Source: an uncultured Ruminococcus sp.
GTDB lineage: Bacteria; Bacillota; Clostridia; Oscillospirales; Acutalibacteraceae
Assembly: GCA_902772895.1 (NCBI GenBank)
Contig: CACYCN010000122.1
Location: 1-40,802, forward strand
Direction of reading: 5' to 3'
Length of the DNA stretch: 40,802 nt
The notes under the pieces were generated by a model. The model saw only the letters and a list, made by a program, of their open reading frames with translations, searched no databases and was not told the origin of the DNA. Shown one piece after another: positions 1 to 6,968 of the stretch. The position numbers and the translations under genes were made by a program. The first letter of the stretch is position 1. The number at the start of each line of letters is the position of its first letter.

Positions 1-205
1 CTAACAGAATATAGATCATGGCAGCGGCTTTTCCGACGATACGGTCAGCGGCATAAGACCCCAGAAACGCTTTCGATTCGGCAAAGCTCAATAAACGATA
101 GAGTCCGGGTTCACGGCTGTAATAAACAGTGGTGCCGGTATCGATGACAAGGGTATAGTCATCGCTGTGATAAAGCGAAATAATGTTTTCCAACTTATTT
201 TCCAT
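1..205 (-). CDS. DUF1893 (TM1506-like) family protein, N-terminal part only; the gene runs off the window start
   Basis: Absent from the ORF track because it is open at the window edge. Minus-strand ATG at 203-205, with GGAGG (complement of 215-219) 9 nt upstream. Translates MENKLENIISLYHSDDYTLVIDTGTTVYYSREPGLYRLLSFAESKAFLGSYAADRIVGKAAAMIYILL. The layout and the ADRIVGKAAA motif match my recollection of DUF1893 proteins. The start overlaps the stop of the upstream ECF S gene by 11 nt. Confidence 0.55.
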   Translation of the reverse strand, partial: MENKLENIISLYHSDDYTLVIDTGTTVYYSREPGLYRLLSFAESKAFLGSYAADRIVGKAAAMIYILL

Positions 206-749
206 GTTTGGGAACCTCCAGTCGATAAAGTATCAGAGGGATCAGAACCCACTGTAAGAGCAGCCCGAATAAGCCGACAGACAGGCTTGTCCAGATAGTA
301 GAAACGTTCATGGTGCTGCCGAAACCGTAAACCGCTATCAGGATAGCGGCGGCACGGACCAGACGTCCGGCGATCTGAGCGATCAGCACCTTCACAAGAG
401 AGGGGAGTCTGACATGACGCAGCAGTCCCGCCGTCAGACCGTAAACGCACAATTCTGCCATCATGAACGGCAGCATCGCGGCGTCCGGCATTCCGGTGAT
501 GGCAAAGCTGACCAGCGGCGCCAGAAATCCGGAAACGGCTCCTGCAAAGGGACCTGCCAGAAGTCCGACCAGAATAATCGGCAGATGCATCGGAAGAAAA
601 ACTTCGCCCAGCGAGGTGCCAAGTCCGGAGACGGCTCCCAGTACATGGAAAAGCTGCGGCAATGCGACTGCGGCAACCAGTGCGCCGAGTGCATAGAGGG
701 TTTGTCGCCGGAAGGAGAGCTTCGGTTTGGCGGCGATGGTATTGGTCAT
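195..749 (-). CDS. ECF transporter S (substrate-capture) component, substrate unknown
   Basis: 184 aa, all hydrophobic, about 5-6 TM helices. Motifs FLPMHLPIILVGLLAGPFAGAVSG and GMP are typical of ECF S components. RBS AAGGAG lies upstream (complement of about 757-763). Confidence 0.75.
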   Translation of the reverse strand: MTNTIAAKPKLSFRRQTLYALGALVAAVALPQLFHVLGAVSGLGTSLGEVFLPMHLPIILVGLLAGPFAGAVSGFLAPLVSFAITGMPDAAMLPFMMAELCVYGLTAGLLRHVRLPSLVKVLIAQIAGRLVRAAAILIAVYGFGSTMNVSTIWTSLSVGLFGLLLQWVLIPLILYRLEVPKHGK

Positions 750-805
750 AAGAAAACTCCTTTCTGCTTTGGAATCTGTCTTTTATCATTGCTTTTATTA
801 TAACA

Positions 806-842
806 AATCCCTGCGGTTTTCGCAACGAAAATCGCAGGGATT
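806..842 (-). terminator. Stem-loop after the PBP gene (aatccctgcg / cgcagggatt, 10-bp arms), followed on the minus strand by TGTTATAAT
   Basis: Perfect inverted repeat 806-815 / 833-842. On the minus strand it is followed by tttgttataataaaagc. This likely acts as the terminator of the rodA-pbp operon. The TGnTATAAT-like extended -10 could drive the ECF S gene. Confidence 0.5.
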
Positions 843-890
843 CTGACAGTCTTCGACAATTTTTGGCAGACTATGCCGGACAGGAACGGT

Positions 891-2261
891 TTATTGCTGA
901 TGATACAGTGCGGCGGCACGGTCCAGTACATACTCGGCGGCAGGAATGGCGACATTGATACCGGAATTGCCGTTTTCGACGACAACCGCAAATGCCAACG
1001 GATAATCTTCATTCTGACAGAAACCGGTGACCCAGGCATGGGCATTGCCGTCACCGATTTCGGCGGTGCCGGTTTTGGCACAGACATCATGGTTGAGGAA
1101 TCGTCCGTAAAGACGATAATTGTTTTTGACGGTATAGTCCATCATATCACGAAGGGTATCGGCGGTATCACGGGACATCATTTTCCTGCCCAGGGAGGCG
1201 GAATTTTTTTGTGAGCCGCCGATGCTTTTGATGAAATAAGGCTTGACAGGTGTCCCGCCGTTCGCAATGGCGGCAGAGATCATTGCCATATTGATAGGGG
1301 TTTCCAGAACGGTGGATTGACCGACTCCTGACCATGCCAGTTCGGAAACGCTGGCGTCTGACATATCATAGACGCTTTTGGCAGTGGTGACACCGTCCAG
1401 TGTGACAGAAGAATTGAATCCCATACGTTCGGCGTAGGAAGTCATTTTTTTAGCGCCGACTTCCGTTGCCAACTGTGCGAAAAACGCGTTACAGGAAACA
1501 CATAATGCGGTCTGATAATTGACCGTTCCGTTGACTTCAAAACAGGTGATATCATCGTCTCCGATATGAACGGATCCGGTACAATCAAATGTCCGGGTCC
1601 TGAAATCCGGTATTTCGTTCATAGCGGCGGCAGAGGTGACCAGTTTGAAAGTAGACCCCGGCGGATAAGCGGCTGAGAGGGTACGGTTGAGATAGGCGCC
1701 TTCATAGTAGGGATTGGTTTCGATATCATCGGGGACATTCATGGGGTCATAGGCAGGGGTACTGACCATGCAGAGAATTTCTCCGGTTTTGTAATTATAG
1801 AACAGGATAGCGCCTTTTGCATAACCAAGCGCTTCCAGACCTGCCTTCTGGAGTTCACTGTCGATGGTAAGGGTAATATCTTTTCCTTTTTTCAAGGAAT
1901 CCGGCATTCCCAGTCCGAAGACAAAACTATAGTCTGTCAGTTCTGAGCGGTATACCGTCTGAACGGCGGTTGAGATATTGGTGGAATCATCGCCGACGAT
2001 ATGTACACAGGCACGGCGTATTTCTTCATCCGTATGATAGACACGTTTCTGATCGACGGTTTCGGCAAGCGCTACGCCGTTACGATCCAGGATCTTTCCG
2101 GCAAAAGCCAGTCCGTTATGATCCGAAAGATGCGCATTGGTGGGCTGTGAAGCCCATTCTTCTGCGTGCATGACCAGATTGACCGTATGGTATATCAGTC
2201 CTGCAAAAAACACCAGCGTCAATATCAATACCATTGCGGATCTTGAACTCGTATTTCTCAT
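891..2261 (-). CDS. Penicillin-binding protein 2-type peptidoglycan D,D-transpeptidase (class B PBP)
   Basis: 456 aa with an N-terminal TM anchor. All three transpeptidase motifs are present: STFK (GSTFKLV), SxN (VSCNAFF) and KTG (AKTGTAE). It lies 12 nt downstream of the SEDS gene, so the two look like one operon. Confidence 0.9.
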   Translation of the reverse strand: MRNTSSRSAMVLILTLVFFAGLIYHTVNLVMHAEEWASQPTNAHLSDHNGLAFAGKILDRNGVALAETVDQKRVYHTDEEIRRACVHIVGDDSTNISTAVQTVYRSELTDYSFVFGLGMPDSLKKGKDITLTIDSELQKAGLEALGYAKGAILFYNYKTGEILCMVSTPAYDPMNVPDDIETNPYYEGAYLNRTLSAAYPPGSTFKLVTSAAAMNEIPDFRTRTFDCTGSVHIGDDDITCFEVNGTVNYQTALCVSCNAFFAQLATEVGAKKMTSYAERMGFNSSVTLDGVTTAKSVYDMSDASVSELAWSGVGQSTVLETPINMAMISAAIANGGTPVKPYFIKSIGGSQKNSASLGRKMMSRDTADTLRDMMDYTVKNNYRLYGRFLNHDVCAKTGTAEIGDGNAHAWVTGFCQNEDYPLAFAVVVENGNSGINVAIPAAEYVLDRAAALYHQQ

Positions 2262-2273
2262 CGTCTTACCTCC

Positions 2274-3944
2274 TTACTGTTGCGGTGTCGGCAGCGGGCG
2301 GCGGTAGGTACGTTCATCGGCCGCTTTGATGAAGGAAAGCAGTCCCCAGCAGGCAATCATACTGGAACCGCCGTAGCTCAGGAAAGGAAGCGTTACGCCT
2401 GTTAACGGAAGAATGTCTGTCAGACCGAAAACATTCAGCATTGCCTGAAAGACGAATAATCCTCCTGCCGTGCAGGCGGAAATGGAATAGAAAGTGGATC
2501 GGCTGCGGGTGGCAACCGCGCGGGAATAAATCATGAATCCGCCGATGACGGCGCAGAATAATAACGGCATCAGAAGTCCCATCTCTTCACTGGCCAGTCC
2601 GAAAACCAGATCGTTTTCGGAGGCAAAGAGATATTGCAGGTATCCTTTCGACAGTCCTACGCCGAACAGTCCGCCGCTGGCGCTGTAAATAAACGAATTG
2701 ACCTGCTGATAGCCTACGGAATCCGCATACTCCCAGACATGTCCCCATGCCTGGAAACGATCGGCAATATAGGGCTTTACCGTCAGAATGACCATGACGC
2801 CTAAGACGGCGGCGGTAACGGCAAAAATGACGGTCTTGAAGTCTCCCGAACGCATGAAGGCGATCATCAGGAAGGTGACAAAGAAGATCAGCGCCGTACC
2901 GAAATCACTCATCAGAAACAGCAGCAGGACACATAGCGCGGAAACGATAATGAATCCAAAGAGGTTTTTCTTGGTCTGCAGTTGGTCAAGGGTGGCGGCA
3001 CCGACAAAAATATAGGCGATTTTGGCAAATTCAGAGGGCTGTACCATGACCGGTCCCAGGACGATCCAGTTTTTGGCGCCGTTTAAGGAACTGCCGATAA
3101 TCAGAGTAGACGCTAACATACCTAAGGCTAACACATAGATGATGATGCGCCACTTCATGATACGGTCGGGGATTTCGATAAACCACAGCATAAAGCAGAA
3201 CAACGCATAACCCAGCGCAATCGAGATCAACTGAATGTATGCCTGCCGCTGGTCATGTACCGCATTCAGCAATACCCCCGATCCGGATAAAAATAATGCC
3301 AGTGATTCCAGTTCAAAGTTCGGCCGTTTGAAGATCAGCCGTGAAATCATATAAAGCGCCCATAACAGACAGATCAGAATGACGGAATGGGGAAGAATGA
3401 CGATATTCCCCATATTGATCATGCCTTCGGCGCTGAGGATCCCGAAATACAGGGTGATTACGGTCAGAATGACGCCGATCGGAACGGTACTATGTACTTT
3501 GGGTGAAATAAGAGGCTGACGGTTATTGGCTTCGGTAGGGTCGTCTGCCCGGTGAAGCGTCAGGGTAGTCATGCCAAGGGTAATGCGGTCGCCTACATAA
3601 ACCGGGTGACGTCCGGTGGTTTGTTCATCATTGACGAATACGCCGGCTTTGGAACCGGTATCGGTGATGAACCAGCCGTCATCACGCCGCAGCAGAACCG
3701 CATGATCCCGTGATACGGTGGGATCGGCGATCCGGATATCGGAACTTTTGCTTCGGCCAAGGGCGTTTTCCCAGTAAAGTACCGGGTATCGGATATTGGT
3801 GGCGCTGTCGTCAAGGACGATCAGGGCGCGTTTCTCTCGTCTGCCGTATCGCAGGGAGGAAAAACACAGCACTACAATGATCAGGCCAATGATGGGCGTC
3901 AGAATCCTTAGAATAAAGGAGACTATGTCGAGGGTTTCTGTCAT
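2274..3944 (-). CDS. FHA domain fused to a SEDS-family glycosyltransferase (FtsW/RodA/SpoVE)
   Basis: 556 aa. N-terminal TM, then FHA (LGRSKSSDIRIADPTVSRDHAVLLRRDDGWFITDTGSKAGVFVND), then about 10 TM helices with the SEDS C-terminal signature (LPLTGVTLPFLSYGGSS). RBS AAGGAGATG lies upstream. Confidence 0.9.
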   Translation of the reverse strand: MTETLDIVSFILRILTPIIGLIIVVLCFSSLRYGRREKRALIVLDDSATNIRYPVLYWENALGRSKSSDIRIADPTVSRDHAVLLRRDDGWFITDTGSKAGVFVNDEQTTGRHPVYVGDRITLGMTTLTLHRADDPTEANNRQPLISPKVHSTVPIGVILTVITLYFGILSAEGMINMGNIVILPHSVILICLLWALYMISRLIFKRPNFELESLALFLSGSGVLLNAVHDQRQAYIQLISIALGYALFCFMLWFIEIPDRIMKWRIIIYVLALGMLASTLIIGSSLNGAKNWIVLGPVMVQPSEFAKIAYIFVGAATLDQLQTKKNLFGFIIVSALCVLLLFLMSDFGTALIFFVTFLMIAFMRSGDFKTVIFAVTAAVLGVMVILTVKPYIADRFQAWGHVWEYADSVGYQQVNSFIYSASGGLFGVGLSKGYLQYLFASENDLVFGLASEEMGLLMPLLFCAVIGGFMIYSRAVATRSRSTFYSISACTAGGLFVFQAMLNVFGLTDILPLTGVTLPFLSYGGSSMIACWGLLSFIKAADERTYRRPLPTPQQ

Positions 3945-4061
3945 GGATAATCATCTCCTTGTGATAGTCGTGTGAATCAAACGGGCGGAAATTGGCTTAC
4001 CTATATGATATTCTGCAAAAGGGCGCTTGTCAACTACAATTCTGTTACAGGAGGTTACAAT

Positions 4062-4382
4062 TCAAACAAAGAGAAAAATCCGATAGAAAAATTGAAAGAG
4101 CCGTAAAAGCACTGCGGTCAGAAAACAGAATGTCAGAAGAGACAGCATAACCGAAACCGCTTTCAACGGAATGGGATGCGTAAATGACGGCAGCGTGCGA
4201 TCAAGCAGCAGGGTCAGTATAAAAAGAAGAAAGACCGCAGCGGATGAAAAGGATAAGGAATGCGGTGATGTAAACATTCTGTCAGCGCGGGGCAGTAAGC
4301 CGAACAGACAGTTGCACAGACTCAGAAAAACCATCAGGATCCGTTTTTCCCGACAGGCGGCGTGTAAGGAAAGAGATTTCAT
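4062..4382 (-). CDS. Small hypothetical membrane protein (about 3 TM helices)
   Basis: 106-aa hydrophobic ORF. AAGGAG lies 8 nt upstream of the ATG (complement of 4391-4396). No recognisable family. Confidence 0.4.
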   Translation of the reverse strand: MKSLSLHAACREKRILMVFLSLCNCLFGLLPRADRMFTSPHSLSFSSAAVFLLFILTLLLDRTLPSFTHPIPLKAVSVMLSLLTFCFLTAVLLRLFQFFYRIFLFV

Positions 4383-4483
4383 GATGTTGTCTCCTTATAG
4401 GCTGTATAGGAAGGAATCACGGGATAAAACGGGGCCATTGTCAATCCTGCCTCCATCATGCGCAAAAAATGATTGTCAAAATA

Positions 4484-4513
4484 TTGACAAAAAAGGGTCG
4501 GATATTGTAAAAT
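4484..4513 (+). promoter_or_regulatory. Sigma-A type promoter TTGACA-18-TAAAAT for the decarboxylase gene; the -35 sits inside palindrome TTGTCAA-N4-TTGACAA (4473-4490)
   Basis: ttgaca at 4484-4489 and taaaat at 4508-4513. The track ATG at 4518 lies only 5 nt after the -10, so it cannot be the start codon. Confidence 0.55.
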
Positions 4514-4544
4514 AGAAATGTATTTTTTCAATCGGAGGGGATTG

Positions 4545-5804
4545 ATGATGTCAAAAACACCGTTTATTAACAAGGAACAGGCAGAAAAGATAATTGCGGA
4601 ATTTCCGACACCGTTTCATATTTATGATGAAAAGGGGATTCGTGAAAATGCCAGAAGATTAAAGAAAGCGTTCTCCTGGAATAAAGGATTCAAGGAATTC
4701 TTTGCCGTCAAGGCAACACCTACTCCCGCTATCTTACAGATCCTCAAAGAAGAAGGCTGCGGAACAGACTGCTCTTCTTATGCGGAATTGCTGATGAGTC
4801 AGAAATGCGGCTTCGGATTCCCGGAAATTATGTTTTCTTCCAATGATACACCCGAAGAGGAATTCCGTTTTGCCAAAGAAGTAGGGGCGATTATCAATCT
4901 GGATGATATTACCCATATCGAAATGCTGAAAGAGGTCTGCGGGATTCCGGAGATCATTTCCTGCCGTTATAATCCCGGCGGTACTTTCTCCATCTCTACA
5001 CAGATCATGGATAATCCCGGGGATGCCAAATACGGTATGACCAGAGAGCAGATCAGAGACGCTTTCCTGCAGCTTAAAGCGCTGGGCGCCAAGAAATTCG
5101 GAATTCACTCTTTCCTTGCCAGCAATACCGTTTCCAATGAGTATTATCCCACACTGGCACGCATCTTATTCCAACTCGCCGTCGAACTCAAAGAAGAAAC
5201 CGGTGTGGAGATTTCATTCATCAATCTGTCAGGCGGCGTCGGCGTTCCCTATACACCCGATAAGGAACCCAATGATATCGAAGTGATCGGTCAGGGTGTC
5301 AGGAAGGTCTTTGAAGAAGTGCTGGTGCCTGCCGGTATGGGAGATGTCAGTATTTATACCGAACTGGGACGCTATATGCTCGCGCCTTATGGCCATCTCG
5401 TTACCAAAGCCATTCATGAAAAGCATATCCATAAGGAGTATATCGGTGTGGATGCCTGCGCCGCTAACCTGATGCGTCCGGCAATGTATGGCGCTTATCA
5501 TCATATTACCGTCCTGGGTAAAGAAAATGAACCCTGTGACCATGTCTATGATGTGACCGGTTCTCTGTGTGAAAACAATGATAAGTTTGCCATTGACCGT
5601 AGTCTGCCCAAAATCGATATGGGAGATATTCTGGTTATTCATGATACCGGCGCTCATGGTTTTGCAATGGGCTATAATTATAACGGTCGTCTGAAAAGCG
5701 CCGAACTGCTGCTTCGTGAAGACGGCAGTGTGATCGAGATCCGCCGTGCCGAAACCGTTGACGATTATTTCGCAACCCTTGACGGTTTCTGGAATCTCAT
5801 CTGA
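4545..5804 (+). CDS. Fold-III PLP-dependent decarboxylase, diaminopimelate decarboxylase-like (LysA family)
   Basis: PLP-lysine context FFAVKATP, GGVGVPY glycine loop, ELGRY, and CENNDKF / HDTGAHG near the C-terminus. Start moved to the ATG at 4545, which has GGAGGGG at 4534-4540. Confidence 0.8.
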   Translation: MMSKTPFINKEQAEKIIAEFPTPFHIYDEKGIRENARRLKKAFSWNKGFKEFFAVKATPTPAILQILKEEGCGTDCSSYAELLMSQKCGFGFPEIMFSSNDTPEEEFRFAKEVGAIINLDDITHIEMLKEVCGIPEIISCRYNPGGTFSISTQIMDNPGDAKYGMTREQIRDAFLQLKALGAKKFGIHSFLASNTVSNEYYPTLARILFQLAVELKEETGVEISFINLSGGVGVPYTPDKEPNDIEVIGQGVRKVFEEVLVPAGMGDVSIYTELGRYMLAPYGHLVTKAIHEKHIHKEYIGVDACAANLMRPAMYGAYHHITVLGKENEPCDHVYDVTGSLCENNDKFAIDRSLPKIDMGDILVIHDTGAHGFAMGYNYNGRLKSAELLLREDGSVIEIRRAETVDDYFATLDGFWNLI

Positions 5805-5825
5805 TCATCACGATCCATGTAACTA

Positions 5826-5861
5826 ACACCTCCGACATTCGGTTGTCGGAGGTGTTTTTTC
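5826..5861 (+). terminator. Rho-independent terminator of the decarboxylase gene
   Basis: acacctccgaca / tgtcggaggtgt, 12-bp perfect stem, followed by tttttt. Confidence 0.85.
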
Positions 5862-5941
5862 GGGGAAATCATGCGTGGCAGCCTGTCCGGAAATCCTACT
5901 GCTTTTTCCATAAAATCCTGGTTACAAAAACTTCATAATTG

Positions 5942-5970
5942 TTGATTATTATCAGAAAAGGATTTATAAT
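5942..5970 (+). promoter_or_regulatory. Promoter TTGATT-17-TATAAT upstream of aqpZ
   Basis: ttgatt at 5942-5947 and tataat at 5965-5970, 17-nt spacer. RBS GAAGGAGG precedes the ATG at 6033. Confidence 0.5.
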
Positions 5971-6032
5971 ATAGGTAGACAATTTCTGTTGCCAAACAGA
6001 GATCGTAAAAATTTTATGAAGGAGGAATCATT

Positions 6033-6755
6033 ATGGAACTTCTGAAAAAATGTGTGGCGGAATGTATCGGAACCTTTGTCCTGGTATTGTTCGGCTGCGG
6101 TACCGCTTGTGCGGTGGGCTGTGATACCTTGCCGGGTTATATGCTGACAGCGCTGGCGTTTGGTCTGGTGATTGTCGCAATGGCATATTCTATCGGTAAT
6201 GTTTCGGGCTGCCATATCAATCCGGCGGTTTCTATCGCAATGCTCGTCAGCGGCAAAATGAACATCAAGGAGTTCTTCGCTTATATCGCTTCTCAGTTTG
6301 TAGGCGCGATTGCAGGCGGCGCACTGCTGTTCTCGATCTTCCCGGCTTCGACTAACTACGGCTCTAACGGACTGTATGATAATGGGAATATCTGGGCTTC
6401 ATTGCTCATCGAAATTATCCTGACTTTTGTATTTGTCCTGGCGATTCTGGGGGTTACCTCTAAGAAGGGTAACGGTGCGGTTGCCGGTATCGTTATCGGT
6501 CTTTCCCTCACATTGGTACATATTTTCGGTATTTACTTTACCGGTACCTCTGTTAACCCTGCCAGAAGCTTTGGCCCCGCTATTTTTGCCGGCGGCGCTT
6601 CCTTTGCAAATGTATGGGTATTTATCGTAGCACCTCTTGTCGGCGGCGTTCTGGCTGCTTTGATCTATAAGTTCATCTCTTCCGGCGTTTGTGACAAGGA
6701 AGACGAAGAACCTGCTCCGGCAAAGGCTGCCGGCGCTAAGAAAAAGAAAAAATAA
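6033..6755 (+). CDS. aqpZ: Aquaporin Z / MIP-family water channel with a short acidic-then-Lys-rich C-terminal tail
   Basis: Two NPA boxes (HINPAVS, SVNPARS) and six TM helices. N-terminus MELLKKCVAECIGTFVLVLFGCG is typical of AqpZ. Confidence 0.9.
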   Translation: MELLKKCVAECIGTFVLVLFGCGTACAVGCDTLPGYMLTALAFGLVIVAMAYSIGNVSGCHINPAVSIAMLVSGKMNIKEFFAYIASQFVGAIAGGALLFSIFPASTNYGSNGLYDNGNIWASLLIEIILTFVFVLAILGVTSKKGNGAVAGIVIGLSLTLVHIFGIYFTGTSVNPARSFGPAIFAGGASFANVWVFIVAPLVGGVLAALIYKFISSGVCDKEDEEPAPAKAAGAKKKKK

Positions 6756-6780
6756 TCTCTGATGGGTTTTCAGAAACCAT

Positions 6781-6812
6781 AACAGCGGATCGCCGACAGG
6801 GGATCCGCTGTT
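6781..6812 (+). terminator. Stem-loop terminator after aqpZ
   Basis: aacagcggatc / gatccgctgtt, 11-bp stem. The downstream tract ctatctgtattt is only moderately T-rich. Confidence 0.6.
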
Positions 6813-6874
6813 CTATCTGTATTTGAAAAAATAGAGATTTTGTCGCTTTTGTCCGGGAAAATCAGGGGAAATTG

Positions 6875-6903
6875 TTGACATTTTAGACAGTATTATTTAT
6901 AAT
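6875..6903 (+). promoter_or_regulatory. Consensus promoter TTGACA-17-TATAAT heading the FHA island
   Basis: ttgaca at 6875-6880 and tataat at 6898-6903. The TTG at 6903 that the ORF track uses as a start lies inside the -10 box, so the true start is further downstream. Confidence 0.65.
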
Positions 6904-6968
6904 TGTATAGAAGAAATGTGGTATTGTGTCTGAAAGGAAATTTAATTCAGAAAGGAACCTATTCGGAA

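Noticed and set aside
88-825. 245-aa ORF on the minus strand overlapping the ECF S-component gene
   Set aside because: It sits in a different frame of the same strand as a well-supported membrane protein gene. The product is Arg/Ser-rich low-complexity sequence with no RBS. It also runs through the terminator hairpin.
750-890. Riboswitch upstream of the ECF S-component gene
   Set aside because: Only about 140 nt lie between the genes, and most of that is the PBP terminator hairpin and a promoter-like TGTTATAAT. The remaining leader of about 40 nt shows no preQ1, THI, FMN or other box that I can recognise.
6903-6968. TTG start at 6903 for the FHA-ABC gene, as in the ORF track
   Set aside because: The TTG lies inside the -10 hexamer of the consensus promoter at 6875-6903, so it would not be transcribed as a start. 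The ATG at 6969 is the first plausible start. The same logic rejects ATG 4518 for the decarboxylase gene.
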